From positions 1,152,001-1,216,000 of the forward strand of contig CBDAOI010000004.1 in the NCBI GenBank assembly GCA_965198005.1: DNA of 64,000 nucleotides. Direction: 5' to 3'. Positions within the stretch are counted from its first letter, which is position 1, and each line of letters opens with the position of its first letter. The notes below the pieces were generated by a model. It did no database searches and had not been told where the DNA came from. It was given only the letters and a program-made list of their open reading frames with translations. The stretch is from Spirochaetia bacterium (GTDB lineage Bacteria > Spirochaetota > Spirochaetia > SZUA-6 > Bin103). The position numbers and the translations under genes were made by a program. Shown in pieces: positions 21,501 through 29,571 of this stretch.

Positions 21501-22770
21501 CCTGCTGGAGCGCGCACCCGCCGGGCCCGCGCTGGTGGTCGTGCCGACGTCGGTGATCGCCAACTGGCTCGACGAAACCAGCCGCTTCGCGCCGGCGCTC
21601 AACCCGCTGGCCTACGTCGGCCCCGCCCGCGCCTCCGTACTCACTGAGCCGGGACCGTTCGATCTGGTCATTACCACCTACACCCTGTTGCAGCGTGACG
21701 CGGAGCGGCTGGGTGAGGTCACTTGGCAGACCGCGGTACTCGACGAAGCGCAGGCGATCAAGAATCCGGCCACCAAACGCGCGCGCGCGGCCCGCGGGCT
21801 CGACGCGCGCTTTCGTCTGGTGACTACCGGCACTCCGGTTCAGAACGACGTGATGGACCTGTACTCGCTGTTCAGCTTCGCCAACCCGGGGCTGCTCGGT
21901 TCGTCGCAACAGTTTCGCCGCAACTTCGCCGCGGCCATCGACGGCGGCGCGGATGACGCGGCGCGGACGCGCTTGCGGCGTCTGCTGGCGCCGTTCATCC
22001 TGCGCCGGCTCAAGACCGAGGTGCTGACCGAGTTGCCGCCGCGCACCGAGATCACGCTGCAGGTGGAGATGTCGCCGGCCGAAGCGGACTTCTACGAGGC
22101 GCTGCGCCGGCGAGCCATGGAGGACCTGGAAGCGCTCGCCGCCCGCGGTCCCGAGGCGGAAGAGGGCCGGATACGGATCCTCGCGCACCTCATGCGGCTG
22201 CGCCGCGCGTGCTGCAACCCGGCCCTGGTGCACACCGGCGCCGCCCCGCCCAGCTCCAAGCTGGCCATCTTCGGGGAGACCCTCGCCGAGTTGCTGGTCA
22301 ACCGCCACAAGGTGCTGGTGTTCTCCCAGTTCGTGGGCCATCTGAAGCTGATCGAGGCCTACCTGAAGCAAGTCGGGGTCAGCTACCAGTATCTGGACGG
22401 CGCCACCTCCCTCAGCGCACGGCGGGAGCGGATCGCGGCCTTTCAGGCGGGGCAGGGAGACGTGTTCCTGATCTCGCTGACGGCCGGCGGCGTCGGGCTC
22501 AACCTGACCGCGGCCGACTACGTTATTCACATGGACCCGTGGTGGAATCCGGCGGTGGAGGATCAGGCGTCGGACCGTGCCCACCGCATCGGCCAGACCC
22601 GTCCGGTGACCATCTACCGCCTGGTCACCAAGGGCACCATCGAGGAGCAGATCGTGGACCTGCACCAGCGCAAACGCGACCTTGCCGAACGGCTGCTGGA
22701 GGCCGGTGACGCGCCGGCCCGGCTCGACGCCGCCGAGTTGCTGGAATTGCTGCGGCAACCCCTGGTCTGA
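18517..22770 (+). CDS. SNF2/DEAH-box helicase with long N-terminal region
   Basis: LRPYQ, LADDMGLGKT, LDEAQAIKN, TGTP, VLVFSQF, GGVGLNLTAAD, DRAHRIGQ. Confidence 0.92.
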   Translation: MSMRGLHFPQPEPIDLRAEFESLSPQARLTALVCGVVSPLPYEAAGLARMLRQADLKVDGRRPTVAAVGDTCEELSKSGLLSTGRVQSRFAAVPRWAPWLTMEAARTDLLERIRSAYQRVAPPSDYSYSWNRPEAPDLVELRYATVTGRFDLVPDDVKPQHWVFLIQPGAIELLATLPEQHRGIALAVCLAEVIEHAAAAPDPLVAACRELAADLGMFAAEIAMIRILQGRLDDAETIFGELAPGRRGSSSIRVEQAAVRALVATLRGDDQLALRSIEAAVSAHQEGTVRRDVPASLPFALSLLSLVRLDTPAARALLAHILSHGRYFRLASRVVGAAGFAAGLRAGVKSAPMLEIAPGLDALLLGWACCWAGRAKPVVPIHVRRVFGDYVDRLAAHGFFWALAECLAIIGHAGAELEFRGDRSFQAAGKQGAAMHRQLGTQTLATLVPQVVPAWEFRLKALEQFGYETGDRPPPPVKRAAPDDAGGPRRLVWELAQDGGRITVSPREQRASRTGRWSKGRPRSLDWLATAAVTADYLLVQDRAVAAEIQARRHSFGVSRHALARALLVELVGHPLVFNAAGDLVEVARGDLELVIEQQGRGVTARIVPDDRQDDQFVARMIGARKCEVVRLTPAHRQLQKIIPVGGLELPAAARPRLLEAVSALVSVVRIHSGVEGSARSARRIEADSQPRARLEPLAEGVSAELVVEPVAGSEIYFAPGAGGTLVFGQLAGETVQAQRDLAAERAAADRLMAACPLLGSGDGTGDGTGNGNGDGDGDGSGDGDDAPWSAALPEAVRALELLEQLDAAGVRCLWPRGERLKLKRAETRQLRLRIKSAGEWLRASGELRVDQQRVLDLKQLFALLDADPHGRFLELGAGEFLALTESFRRQLDDLRSLSSPAAQGALRLHTMAALALDEFVEQTELDADREWRALQQRLRDAQDYTPDLPSTLRAELRPYQRVGFDWLARLSRWGVGACLADDMGLGKTVQVLALLLERAPAGPALVVVPTSVIANWLDETSRFAPALNPLAYVGPARASVLTEPGPFDLVITTYTLLQRDAERLGEVTWQTAVLDEAQAIKNPATKRARAARGLDARFRLVTTGTPVQNDVMDLYSLFSFANPGLLGSSQQFRRNFAAAIDGGADDAARTRLRRLLAPFILRRLKTEVLTELPPRTEITLQVEMSPAEADFYEALRRRAMEDLEALAARGPEAEEGRIRILAHLMRLRRACCNPALVHTGAAPPSSKLAIFGETLAELLVNRHKVLVFSQFVGHLKLIEAYLKQVGVSYQYLDGATSLSARRERIAAFQAGQGDVFLISLTAGGVGLNLTAADYVIHMDPWWNPAVEDQASDRAHRIGQTRPVTIYRLVTKGTIEEQIVDLHQRKRDLAERLLEAGDAPARLDAAELLELLRQPLV
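20793..20874. repeat. GGCGAC-type low-complexity repeat encoding a Gly-Asp linker
   Basis: GSGDGTGDGTGNGNGDGDGDGSGDGDD in frame. Confidence 0.8.
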
Positions 22771-22877
22771 CGCTACACTTGTTGACGCCGCGTTGTCGAT
22801 GAAGGCGCTGGCGGAGAGTCGGCACACGCAGCGCGCGCCGGTAGACTCCGTTAGACTGATCTGCGGGGAGGGTCGAG

Positions 22878-23516
22878 ATGGCGGTTGACCGATCGACGAT
22901 GCCGGCCGCCGAGCCGGAGGACGACCGGCCGGTGGCATTCGGCGTGCCGAAGCTGAGGCGGCAGATCCTGCAGCGCTTGGCCGACGCCTACGCCAGCGAC
23001 AACCTGGAACTGGCGGAGTACGAGCGCCGGGTGCGGCAGGCGGAGCAGGCGACTACCGTGGAGCAACTGGAAGCGGTCGTGGCCGACTTTCCGGACCGCC
23101 GCACCGCGCCGGAGCGGCCCGCCTCCGCAGCCCCGGTGCCGGCGGCCGGCGCGGCCGTCACGCTGATGGGCAGGCGCGATCTGGTGGTGGAGGCGGCGCA
23201 GGACCTGCCGCGGCAGGTGATCAACGTCATGGGGGAAACCCGGATCGACCTCAGCGGCGCGCCGCCCGGCGTGTACGAGCTGCGGGTGTGCAACGTGATG
23301 GGCGAGCTGCAGGTGGCCGTTCCGTGCGGCACCGAGGTCAGCCGCACGTTGTGGAATCTGCTGAGCGACGTTTCCCTGCGCCCGTGGAAGAGCAAGCGGC
23401 GGCGCCGGCGGGAGCAGGGCGAGCGCGCCGCCGGCGTCCGGGTCACCAGACATCGGGTAACGCTGTCCGGGTTCAGCCTGATGGGCGAGGTCACGATCCG
23501 CGAGGAGCCCGCATGA
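22878..23516 (+). CDS. DUF1707 (SHOCT-like) + LiaF-like C-terminal domain protein
   Basis: LADAYASDNLELAEYERRV..QLEAVVAD; MGETRIDL, MGELQVAVP, MGEVTI. Confidence 0.7.
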   Translation: MAVDRSTMPAAEPEDDRPVAFGVPKLRRQILQRLADAYASDNLELAEYERRVRQAEQATTVEQLEAVVADFPDRRTAPERPASAAPVPAAGAAVTLMGRRDLVVEAAQDLPRQVINVMGETRIDLSGAPPGVYELRVCNVMGELQVAVPCGTEVSRTLWNLLSDVSLRPWKSKRRRRREQGERAAGVRVTRHRVTLSGFSLMGEVTIREEPA

Positions 23517-23574
23517 CGCCGCCCACGTGCAGCGTAGCTGGATTGAAGCCGGCAGGTGGCGTAAGCTGATCGCC

Positions 23575-24033
23575 ATGCACCCGACGAAACCCGACTCCGA
23601 TGCCGGCTACCTGGAGGCCGCCGCACGGATCATCTTCATGGGCGGACTGAACCGCCAGGTAGTGGACGGGAAGTGGCCCGGCTTTCGCGAGGTGTTCGCG
23701 AACTTCGCGGTGCCGGTGGTAGCCGAACTGACGCCGGACGACCTCGATCTCATCGCCGCCGACGACCGCGTGATCAAGTACCGCGCCAAGCTGGCCGCAG
23801 TGGTCAGAAATGCGCAGCTCATGGTCGCGATCGCGGATCAGCATGGTTCGTTCGCCGTCTACGTGGAGGAACTGTACGACCGCACGGGGCCGGCGGGCAC
23901 CGGCGCCGTGCTCGCCAAGGAATTTGCCTACATATCGGAACAGGGCGCCCGCCACTGGCTGTACGCCACCGGCTACGACATCGGACCGGTGACCGAGAAG
24001 GTGCAGCGCAAGTACGCACCGTTCAGCGGGTGA
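23575..24033 (+). CDS. DNA-3-methyladenine glycosylase I-like protein
   Basis: IFMGGLN..KWPGFREVFANF..VIKYRAKLAAVVRNA. Confidence 0.65.
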   Translation: MHPTKPDSDAGYLEAAARIIFMGGLNRQVVDGKWPGFREVFANFAVPVVAELTPDDLDLIAADDRVIKYRAKLAAVVRNAQLMVAIADQHGSFAVYVEELYDRTGPAGTGAVLAKEFAYISEQGARHWLYATGYDIGPVTEKVQRKYAPFSG

Positions 24034-24039
24034 CCGCCG

Positions 24040-25158
24040 GTGGCCGTCGATGCCGTCGAGCTGGCGCAGCGGCTGATCGCCATCGACTCGGTCAGCCGGC
24101 GCAGCAATCTGCCCGCGTGCGACCTGCTGCAGGAGGTGCTGGAGGGGGCCGGGTTCGAGGTCGAGCGGCTGGAGTACTCCGACCGGGCCGGCGTGCGCAA
24201 AGCCAATCTGGTGGCGCGGCGCGGCGCGGGTAGGGGCGGCCTCGGTTTCTTCTCGCACGTCGATACGGTGCCGGGGGACAACTGGGCATCCGATCCGTTC
24301 ACGCCGCGCCAGGCGGCAGGCCGCCTGATCGGACTCGGGAGCTGCGACATGAAGGGACCGCTGGCCGCCACCATCGAGGCCGCGGCCGCGGCGGACCTGG
24401 ACACCCTGGAGCGGCCGGTCTACGTGGTGGTCACCGCCGACGAGGAGGTCACCAGCCAGGGCGCGTTCACCGTAGCCGCCGAGTCGCGGCTCTACCGCAA
24501 CGGTCCTGCCCTGGGGGTGGTGGCCGAGCCGACCGCGCTCACCCCCGTATACGCCCACAAGGGGATCACGCACGCCGTGGTCACCGCCCGCGGGCGCGCC
24601 GCCCACAGCAGCACCGGCACCGGCGTCAACGCGACCTTTCTGATGGCGCCGTTCCTGCTGGAGATTACGGAATTGGCGACCCGCCTGCAGCGCGACGAGG
24701 CGTTCCACAACCGGGAGTTCGACCCGCCGCATCACTGTCTCAACGTCACCATCGACGACGGCGGCACGCGTCCGAACGTGACCGCGGCGAAGACCGTGTG
24801 CCGGCTCAGCCTGCGGTCGATGCCGGATGATCGCAGCGCGGAGGTGCTGGCCATGATCCGGCGGCGCGCCGAACGGCACGGCCTCGAGTTCCGCGGCCGG
24901 CACGGGGCGCCGTTCCGGGTGGCACCGGACAGTCGCGTGGTGCGGATCGCGCTGCAGGCCACCGGCGCCGCGCGCGCCCGCACCGTGAGCTTCGCCACCG
25001 ACGCGGTGGCCTTCATGGACGATCTGGAGCTGGTGGTGCTCGGTCCCGGAGACATCGCCCAGGCGCACACCGAGGACGAGTGGATCGCGCTGGCCCAGTT
25101 GCGGGCCGCGGTGCGGGTCTACGGCAGCATGATCGACGCGGCGTGCGGGGCCGCCTGA
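24040..25158 (+). CDS. argE: M20 metallopeptidase, acetylornithine deacetylase-like
   Basis: SHVDTVP, GLGSCDMKG, ADEE, AEPT, AHKG, GPGDIAQAHTEDE. Confidence 0.8.
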   Translation: MAVDAVELAQRLIAIDSVSRRSNLPACDLLQEVLEGAGFEVERLEYSDRAGVRKANLVARRGAGRGGLGFFSHVDTVPGDNWASDPFTPRQAAGRLIGLGSCDMKGPLAATIEAAAAADLDTLERPVYVVVTADEEVTSQGAFTVAAESRLYRNGPALGVVAEPTALTPVYAHKGITHAVVTARGRAAHSSTGTGVNATFLMAPFLLEITELATRLQRDEAFHNREFDPPHHCLNVTIDDGGTRPNVTAAKTVCRLSLRSMPDDRSAEVLAMIRRRAERHGLEFRGRHGAPFRVAPDSRVVRIALQATGAARARTVSFATDAVAFMDDLELVVLGPGDIAQAHTEDEWIALAQLRAAVRVYGSMIDAACGAA

Positions 25159-25610
25159 TGCCCGCTGCCACGGCACCGGCCGCGCCCCCGCTGTTCACCC
25201 TGGAAATGACGGTGCGCGACTACGAGTGCGACCTGCAGCAGATCGTGAACAACGCGGTCTACCAGCACTACTTCGAGCACACCCGGCACGAGTTCCTCCG
25301 GCGGTGCGGGCTCGACTTCGCCGCGCTGCACCGGCGCGGGGTCGATCTGGTGCTGGTGCGCGCGGAGCTGGACTACGTGCTGCCGCTACGCAGCGGCGAC
25401 CGCTTCCTGGTCACCCTCGAGCTGGCCCGCAGGGGCCGGCTGCGCTACGTGTTCGATCAGACCATCCTGCGCCTGCCCGACCGCAGCCCGGTGGTGACCG
25501 CCCGGTTCCACGCCGCCAGCCTCCGGCGCGGGCGGCCGGCGGTGGTGGAAGAGGTGGACGCCGCCCTGCGCGCGGGCGGCGTTTTCGGTCGCAATTCGAC
25601 CGCTACCTAA
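25158..25610 (+). CDS. Acyl-CoA thioesterase (YbgC/FadM family)
   Basis: VRDYECDLQQIVNNAVYQHYFEHTR. Confidence 0.88.
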   Translation: MPAATAPAAPPLFTLEMTVRDYECDLQQIVNNAVYQHYFEHTRHEFLRRCGLDFAALHRRGVDLVLVRAELDYVLPLRSGDRFLVTLELARRGRLRYVFDQTILRLPDRSPVVTARFHAASLRRGRPAVVEEVDAALRAGGVFGRNSTAT

Positions 25611-26398
25611 CGCCCCTCGCGGCCGTGGCGGCGGGCGCTGAGCACCACCCCGGCGACGTTGTGCAGGATTCGCTCCAGCCGTTGCGCCTCCCGGTCCACC
25701 ACGTCGGCGCGGGTGACGATGTCGGTCAGGAACCGTTGCACGCTGCGGGCGCCGGCGGCGCTGAAGAACCCCACCTCGGCCAGCGCCCCGGTGAGCGGCT
25801 CGAGGGCGCGTGCCAGCCGTTCGGGCGTGACCGGCCGCTGCCGCGGCAGGCGCCGCTCCGCGACCGGCTGCCGTGCCGGCCAAGCCCGATGCTTGTAGAC
25901 TTCGTAGGCCACGATCTGCACCGCGTGCGACAGGTTGAGCGAGGGAAACCGGGGCGCGGAGGGGATCGCCACGGCCACCTGACACGGCTCCAGCTCGGCG
26001 TCCGACAGCCCGTTCTTTTCGTTGCCGAACACCAGCGCCACCGGTCCGGCCGAGCGCGCGGCCACGCGCCGGCCGAGCTGCTCCGCGGTCCAGATCCGGT
26101 ACTTGCGCTTCTTGCCGTCGCGCCGGGTAACGGCGGCGGCCAGCGTGCAGTCGCGCACCGCGTCGGCCACGGTCGCGCACTCCACCGCGTGGTCCAGCAG
26201 GTCGGCGGCATGCACCGCCACCACCCGCGCCCGCTGGCGGTCGATGGCGCCGGCCCCGACCAGATAGAGCCGCTCGATGCCCATCGTCTTGGCGGCCCGG
26301 CAGGCGGCGCCGACGTTGCGGCTCTCCTCCGGGCGGACCAGCACGATGCGCACCGCGTCTCCGGTCGCACCACCGGCGGTCGTACGTTTTCCTGTCAT
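25607..26398 (-). CDS. SPOUT RNA methyltransferase, TrmJ/TrmH family
   Basis: IVLVRP..NVGAACRA, VFGNEKNGL, PSLNLSHAV. Confidence 0.88.
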   Translation of the reverse strand: MTGKRTTAGGATGDAVRIVLVRPEESRNVGAACRAAKTMGIERLYLVGAGAIDRQRARVVAVHAADLLDHAVECATVADAVRDCTLAAAVTRRDGKKRKYRIWTAEQLGRRVAARSAGPVALVFGNEKNGLSDAELEPCQVAVAIPSAPRFPSLNLSHAVQIVAYEVYKHRAWPARQPVAERRLPRQRPVTPERLARALEPLTGALAEVGFFSAAGARSVQRFLTDIVTRADVVDREAQRLERILHNVAGVVLSARRHGREGR

Positions 26399-26425
26399 GG
26401 CACGCACCATGCTACAGTGTCCGGC

Positions 26426-26728
26426 GTGGGTCAGTGCCATGCCTGCGGCGCGCTGTTGCCGCGCGACCTGCCGATCTTCCGCGAGACCGAGTGTCCGCAG
26501 TGCGCCCGGCCGCTCAAGGTGTGCCTGAACTGCACGTTCTACGAGAAAGGCGCGCAGTGGGACTGCCGCGAGTCGATCCCGGAACCGGTGCGGGAGAAGG
26601 ACCGCGCCAACTTCTGCGACTACTTTCGCCTGCGCCCGGCCGCCGCCGGCGGAGCGGATGCCGCCGCCGGGCGGGCAGCGCGGCGCGCGGCGCAATCGCG
26701 CGCGGACTTCGACCAGCTGTTCGGCTGA
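26426..26728 (+). CDS. Small Cys-rich zinc-ribbon protein
   Basis: CHAC, CPQC, CLNC, NFCDYF. Confidence 0.75.
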   Translation: MGQCHACGALLPRDLPIFRETECPQCARPLKVCLNCTFYEKGAQWDCRESIPEPVREKDRANFCDYFRLRPAAAGGADAAAGRAARRAAQSRADFDQLFG

Positions 26729-26818
26729 ACCCGCGCCGAGTCGATCCTCCGATAATTTAGAAATCTTAACCACCGATTCACGATACGTTCACCCGAGTGT
26801 GCCATCGTGGGTAGTGTT

Positions 26819-27676
26819 ATGAGAACGCAAAAACGACAGGCACCCACGGACGATGACTCTCTCGCCGCGTATCTCAAGGACATCAAGCGCTATCCGCTGT
26901 TGACCAGAGAGGAAGAGACGCGGTTCGCGCGCGCGTGCAGGGCCGGCGACGCGGCCGCCAGGGAGAAGCTGATCAACGGCAATCTCCGCTTCGTGATCAA
27001 CGTCGCGCGCCAGTACTGCCACTGCGGGGTTCCGCTGATCGATCTGGTCGGCGAGGGCAACGTCGGGTTGCTCAAGGCGGCCGAGCGGTTCGACCCCGAG
27101 CGCGGCTTCCACTTCACCACCTACGCCGTCTGGTGGATTCGGCAGTCGATCCTGAAGGCGCTGGACGCGCAGTCGCGCACCATTCGCCTGCCGGCGCACG
27201 CCGGCAGCGCGGTGGAGCGCATCGGCTGGGCGCACACCGAGCTGCGCGAGCGGCTCCGGCGGGATCCGACCAGTACCGAGATCGCGGCCTTCCTGGGCGT
27301 GCCGGCGCGTCGGGTGATCGACCTGATGACGGTGTCCCGCGACGTGCTGTCCTTGGAATCGCCGGCGTTTCACGACGGCGCGCCGGTGCAGCTTGGCGAC
27401 ACCGTGGAGAGCCCCGACACGAAGTTGCCGGAGGACGAGGCGCTGGCCAACGTGTTGGCCGACGACATCAACCAGGTGCTGGGGACGCTGTCGCGGCGCG
27501 AGTCGGAGATCATCCAGAGCCGGTTCGGACTGAACGGACGCAAGCGCCTCACGCTGACCGAATTGGGCCGGCGCGCCCATCTCACCAAGGAGCGCGTGCG
27601 CCAGATCGAGAAGCGGGCGCTGCAGCGGCTGCGGATGTCGCTGCGCATGCAACTCCTCGAGGAATACCTGGACTGA
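26819..27676 (+). CDS. RNA polymerase sigma-70 factor (RpoD/RpoS-like, lacking region 1.1)
   Basis: NLRFVINVA, DLVGEGNVGL, FTTYAVWWIRQ, RTIRLP, TKERVRQIE. Confidence 0.92.
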   Translation: MRTQKRQAPTDDDSLAAYLKDIKRYPLLTREEETRFARACRAGDAAAREKLINGNLRFVINVARQYCHCGVPLIDLVGEGNVGLLKAAERFDPERGFHFTTYAVWWIRQSILKALDAQSRTIRLPAHAGSAVERIGWAHTELRERLRRDPTSTEIAAFLGVPARRVIDLMTVSRDVLSLESPAFHDGAPVQLGDTVESPDTKLPEDEALANVLADDINQVLGTLSRRESEIIQSRFGLNGRKRLTLTELGRRAHLTKERVRQIEKRALQRLRMSLRMQLLEEYLD

Positions 27677-27730
27677 CCGGCGGCCAACCTCATGCTACCC
27701 ACGGAAACAGCCGATACTTATCCGTGGATC

Positions 27731-28267
27731 ATGGCGGAAGCCGCGGCAGTACGCGCCACCGCGACGTTGGGCGGTGGCTGCTTCTGGTGCATCGAGGCGG
27801 TGTTCCTGCGCGTGTCCGGCGTCACCGGCGTGCGCTCGGGATACGCCGGCGGGCACACGGAGAATCCCACCTACGACCTGGTGTGCAGCGGCCGCACCGG
27901 CCATGCGGAAGTCGTTCAAGTCGAGTTCGATCCTGAGATAATCGGCTATGACCGGATCCTGGAGGTGTTCTGGCAGGCGCACGATCCCACCACCAGGAAC
28001 CGCCAGGGACATGACATCGGTTCCCAGTACCGTTCCGTCATCCTCGCCCACGACGAGCAGCAGCTCCACTGCGCCCACGCCTCGCGCGAGCGCGCCCAGC
28101 AGCAGTTCAGCCGTCCCATCGTGACGGAAATCATGCCGCTCGAGCGGTTCCATCCCGCCGAGCCCTACCATCATGACTACTACGCGCGCAATCCGTACGC
28201 CCCCTACTGCCGGGCGGTGATCGCGCCCAAGCTGCGCAAGCTGGAGCGTTCCGGAACCGCCCACTGA
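27731..28267 (+). CDS. msrA: Peptide-methionine (S)-S-oxide reductase
   Basis: GGGCFWC, GHAEVV, HDPT, AEPYHHDY. Confidence 0.96.
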   Translation: MAEAAAVRATATLGGGCFWCIEAVFLRVSGVTGVRSGYAGGHTENPTYDLVCSGRTGHAEVVQVEFDPEIIGYDRILEVFWQAHDPTTRNRQGHDIGSQYRSVILAHDEQQLHCAHASRERAQQQFSRPIVTEIMPLERFHPAEPYHHDYYARNPYAPYCRAVIAPKLRKLERSGTAH

Positions 28268-28272
28268 GTCCG

Positions 28273-29559
28273 ATGCGCCCGCTGAACGTCGGCTTCATGT
28301 CCTTCAGATTCACCGGCACCGACGGGGTGTCGCTGGAGAGCAAGAAGTGGGCGGCGGTGCTGGAACGGATGGGCCACCGCTGCTTCTACTGCGGCGGCGA
28401 GCTCGATACCGACCCCGGCAGCTCGCTGCTGCTGCCCACGGCCCATTTCAAGCACCCGGACGTGCGCGAGATCCAGGCCGAGCTGTTCGGCACCGACGTG
28501 CGGCCGCGCTGGGTCGGCGGGCGCATCCACGAGCTGCGCGAGGAGCTGAAGCGGGGGCTGTTCGAGTTCATCGAGCGGTTCGCGATCGACGTGCTGATCC
28601 CCGAGAACACGCTGACCATTCCCCTGAACCTCCCGCTCGGGCTGGCCATTACCGAGGTGATCGCCGAGACCTGCATCCCGACCATCGCCCATCACCACGA
28701 CTTCGCCTGGGAGCGCAAGCGGTTCATGGTCAACTGCGTGTCCGACTATCTGCGGATGGCCTACCCGCCGCGCCTGAACTCGGTATGCCACGTGGTGATC
28801 AACAGCGTCGCGCGCAACCAGTTGGCCCTGCGCTCCGGCGCCAACGCGTACCTGATTCCGAACGCGATGGACTTCCACAACCCGCCGAACGGGCTGGACG
28901 GGTACAACGCCGACGTGCGCGCGGCGCTGGGCCTGGAGGAGCAGGACACGTTCGTGCTGCAGCCGACGCGGGTGGTGCAGCGCAAGGGGATCGAGCACGC
29001 GGTGGAGCTGGTCAAGCGGCTGGACGGCACGGTGCCGGGCAGGGACCGCACCGTCCTGGTGATCTCACACGCCTCCGGGGACGAGGGGTTCGAGTACGAG
29101 ACCCGAGTCAAGAGCTACACGCGGCTGCTCGGCGTGCGCGCGCGGTTCGTGGAGGATTCGATCAGCTACCGTCGCGGGACCACCGCCGACGGGCGCAAGG
29201 TCTATACGCTCGACGACGTCTATCCGCACGCCGACCTGGTGACCTACCCTTCGCTGGTGGAAGGGTTCGGCAACGCGTTGCTCGAGACCCTGTACCACCG
29301 CAAGCCGATCTTCATGAACAACTATCTGGTGTACGCGCGCGACATCCGGCCCAAGGGGTTTCGCACGGTCCTGATGGAGGAGTTCATCACCGATGACGTG
29401 GTCGAGCTCGCCCGGCGCTACCTGGCCGACGCCGAGTTCCGGCAGCGCGCGGTGGAGCACAACTTCGCGCTCGGGCGCAAGCACTTTTCCTACCGGGTGC
29501 TGGAAAACAGCCTCGCGCACATCCTGATGAGCTTCTTCGGGCTGGAGAACGACGACTGA
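28273..29559 (+). CDS. GT4 glycosyltransferase (mannosylglucosylglycerate synthase-like)
   Basis: GTDGVSLE, HHHDFAWER, QPTRVVQRKGIE, YPSLVEGFGNA. Confidence 0.85.
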   Translation: MRPLNVGFMSFRFTGTDGVSLESKKWAAVLERMGHRCFYCGGELDTDPGSSLLLPTAHFKHPDVREIQAELFGTDVRPRWVGGRIHELREELKRGLFEFIERFAIDVLIPENTLTIPLNLPLGLAITEVIAETCIPTIAHHHDFAWERKRFMVNCVSDYLRMAYPPRLNSVCHVVINSVARNQLALRSGANAYLIPNAMDFHNPPNGLDGYNADVRAALGLEEQDTFVLQPTRVVQRKGIEHAVELVKRLDGTVPGRDRTVLVISHASGDEGFEYETRVKSYTRLLGVRARFVEDSISYRRGTTADGRKVYTLDDVYPHADLVTYPSLVEGFGNALLETLYHRKPIFMNNYLVYARDIRPKGFRTVLMEEFITDDVVELARRYLADAEFRQRAVEHNFALGRKHFSYRVLENSLAHILMSFFGLENDD

Positions 29560-29571
29560 ACCCGCGCGGCG

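Noticed and set aside
19312-22938. Long antisense or alternative-frame ORFs (also over gcv, coxL, DUF499)
   Set aside because: Shadow ORFs expected at high GC; no recognisable motifs
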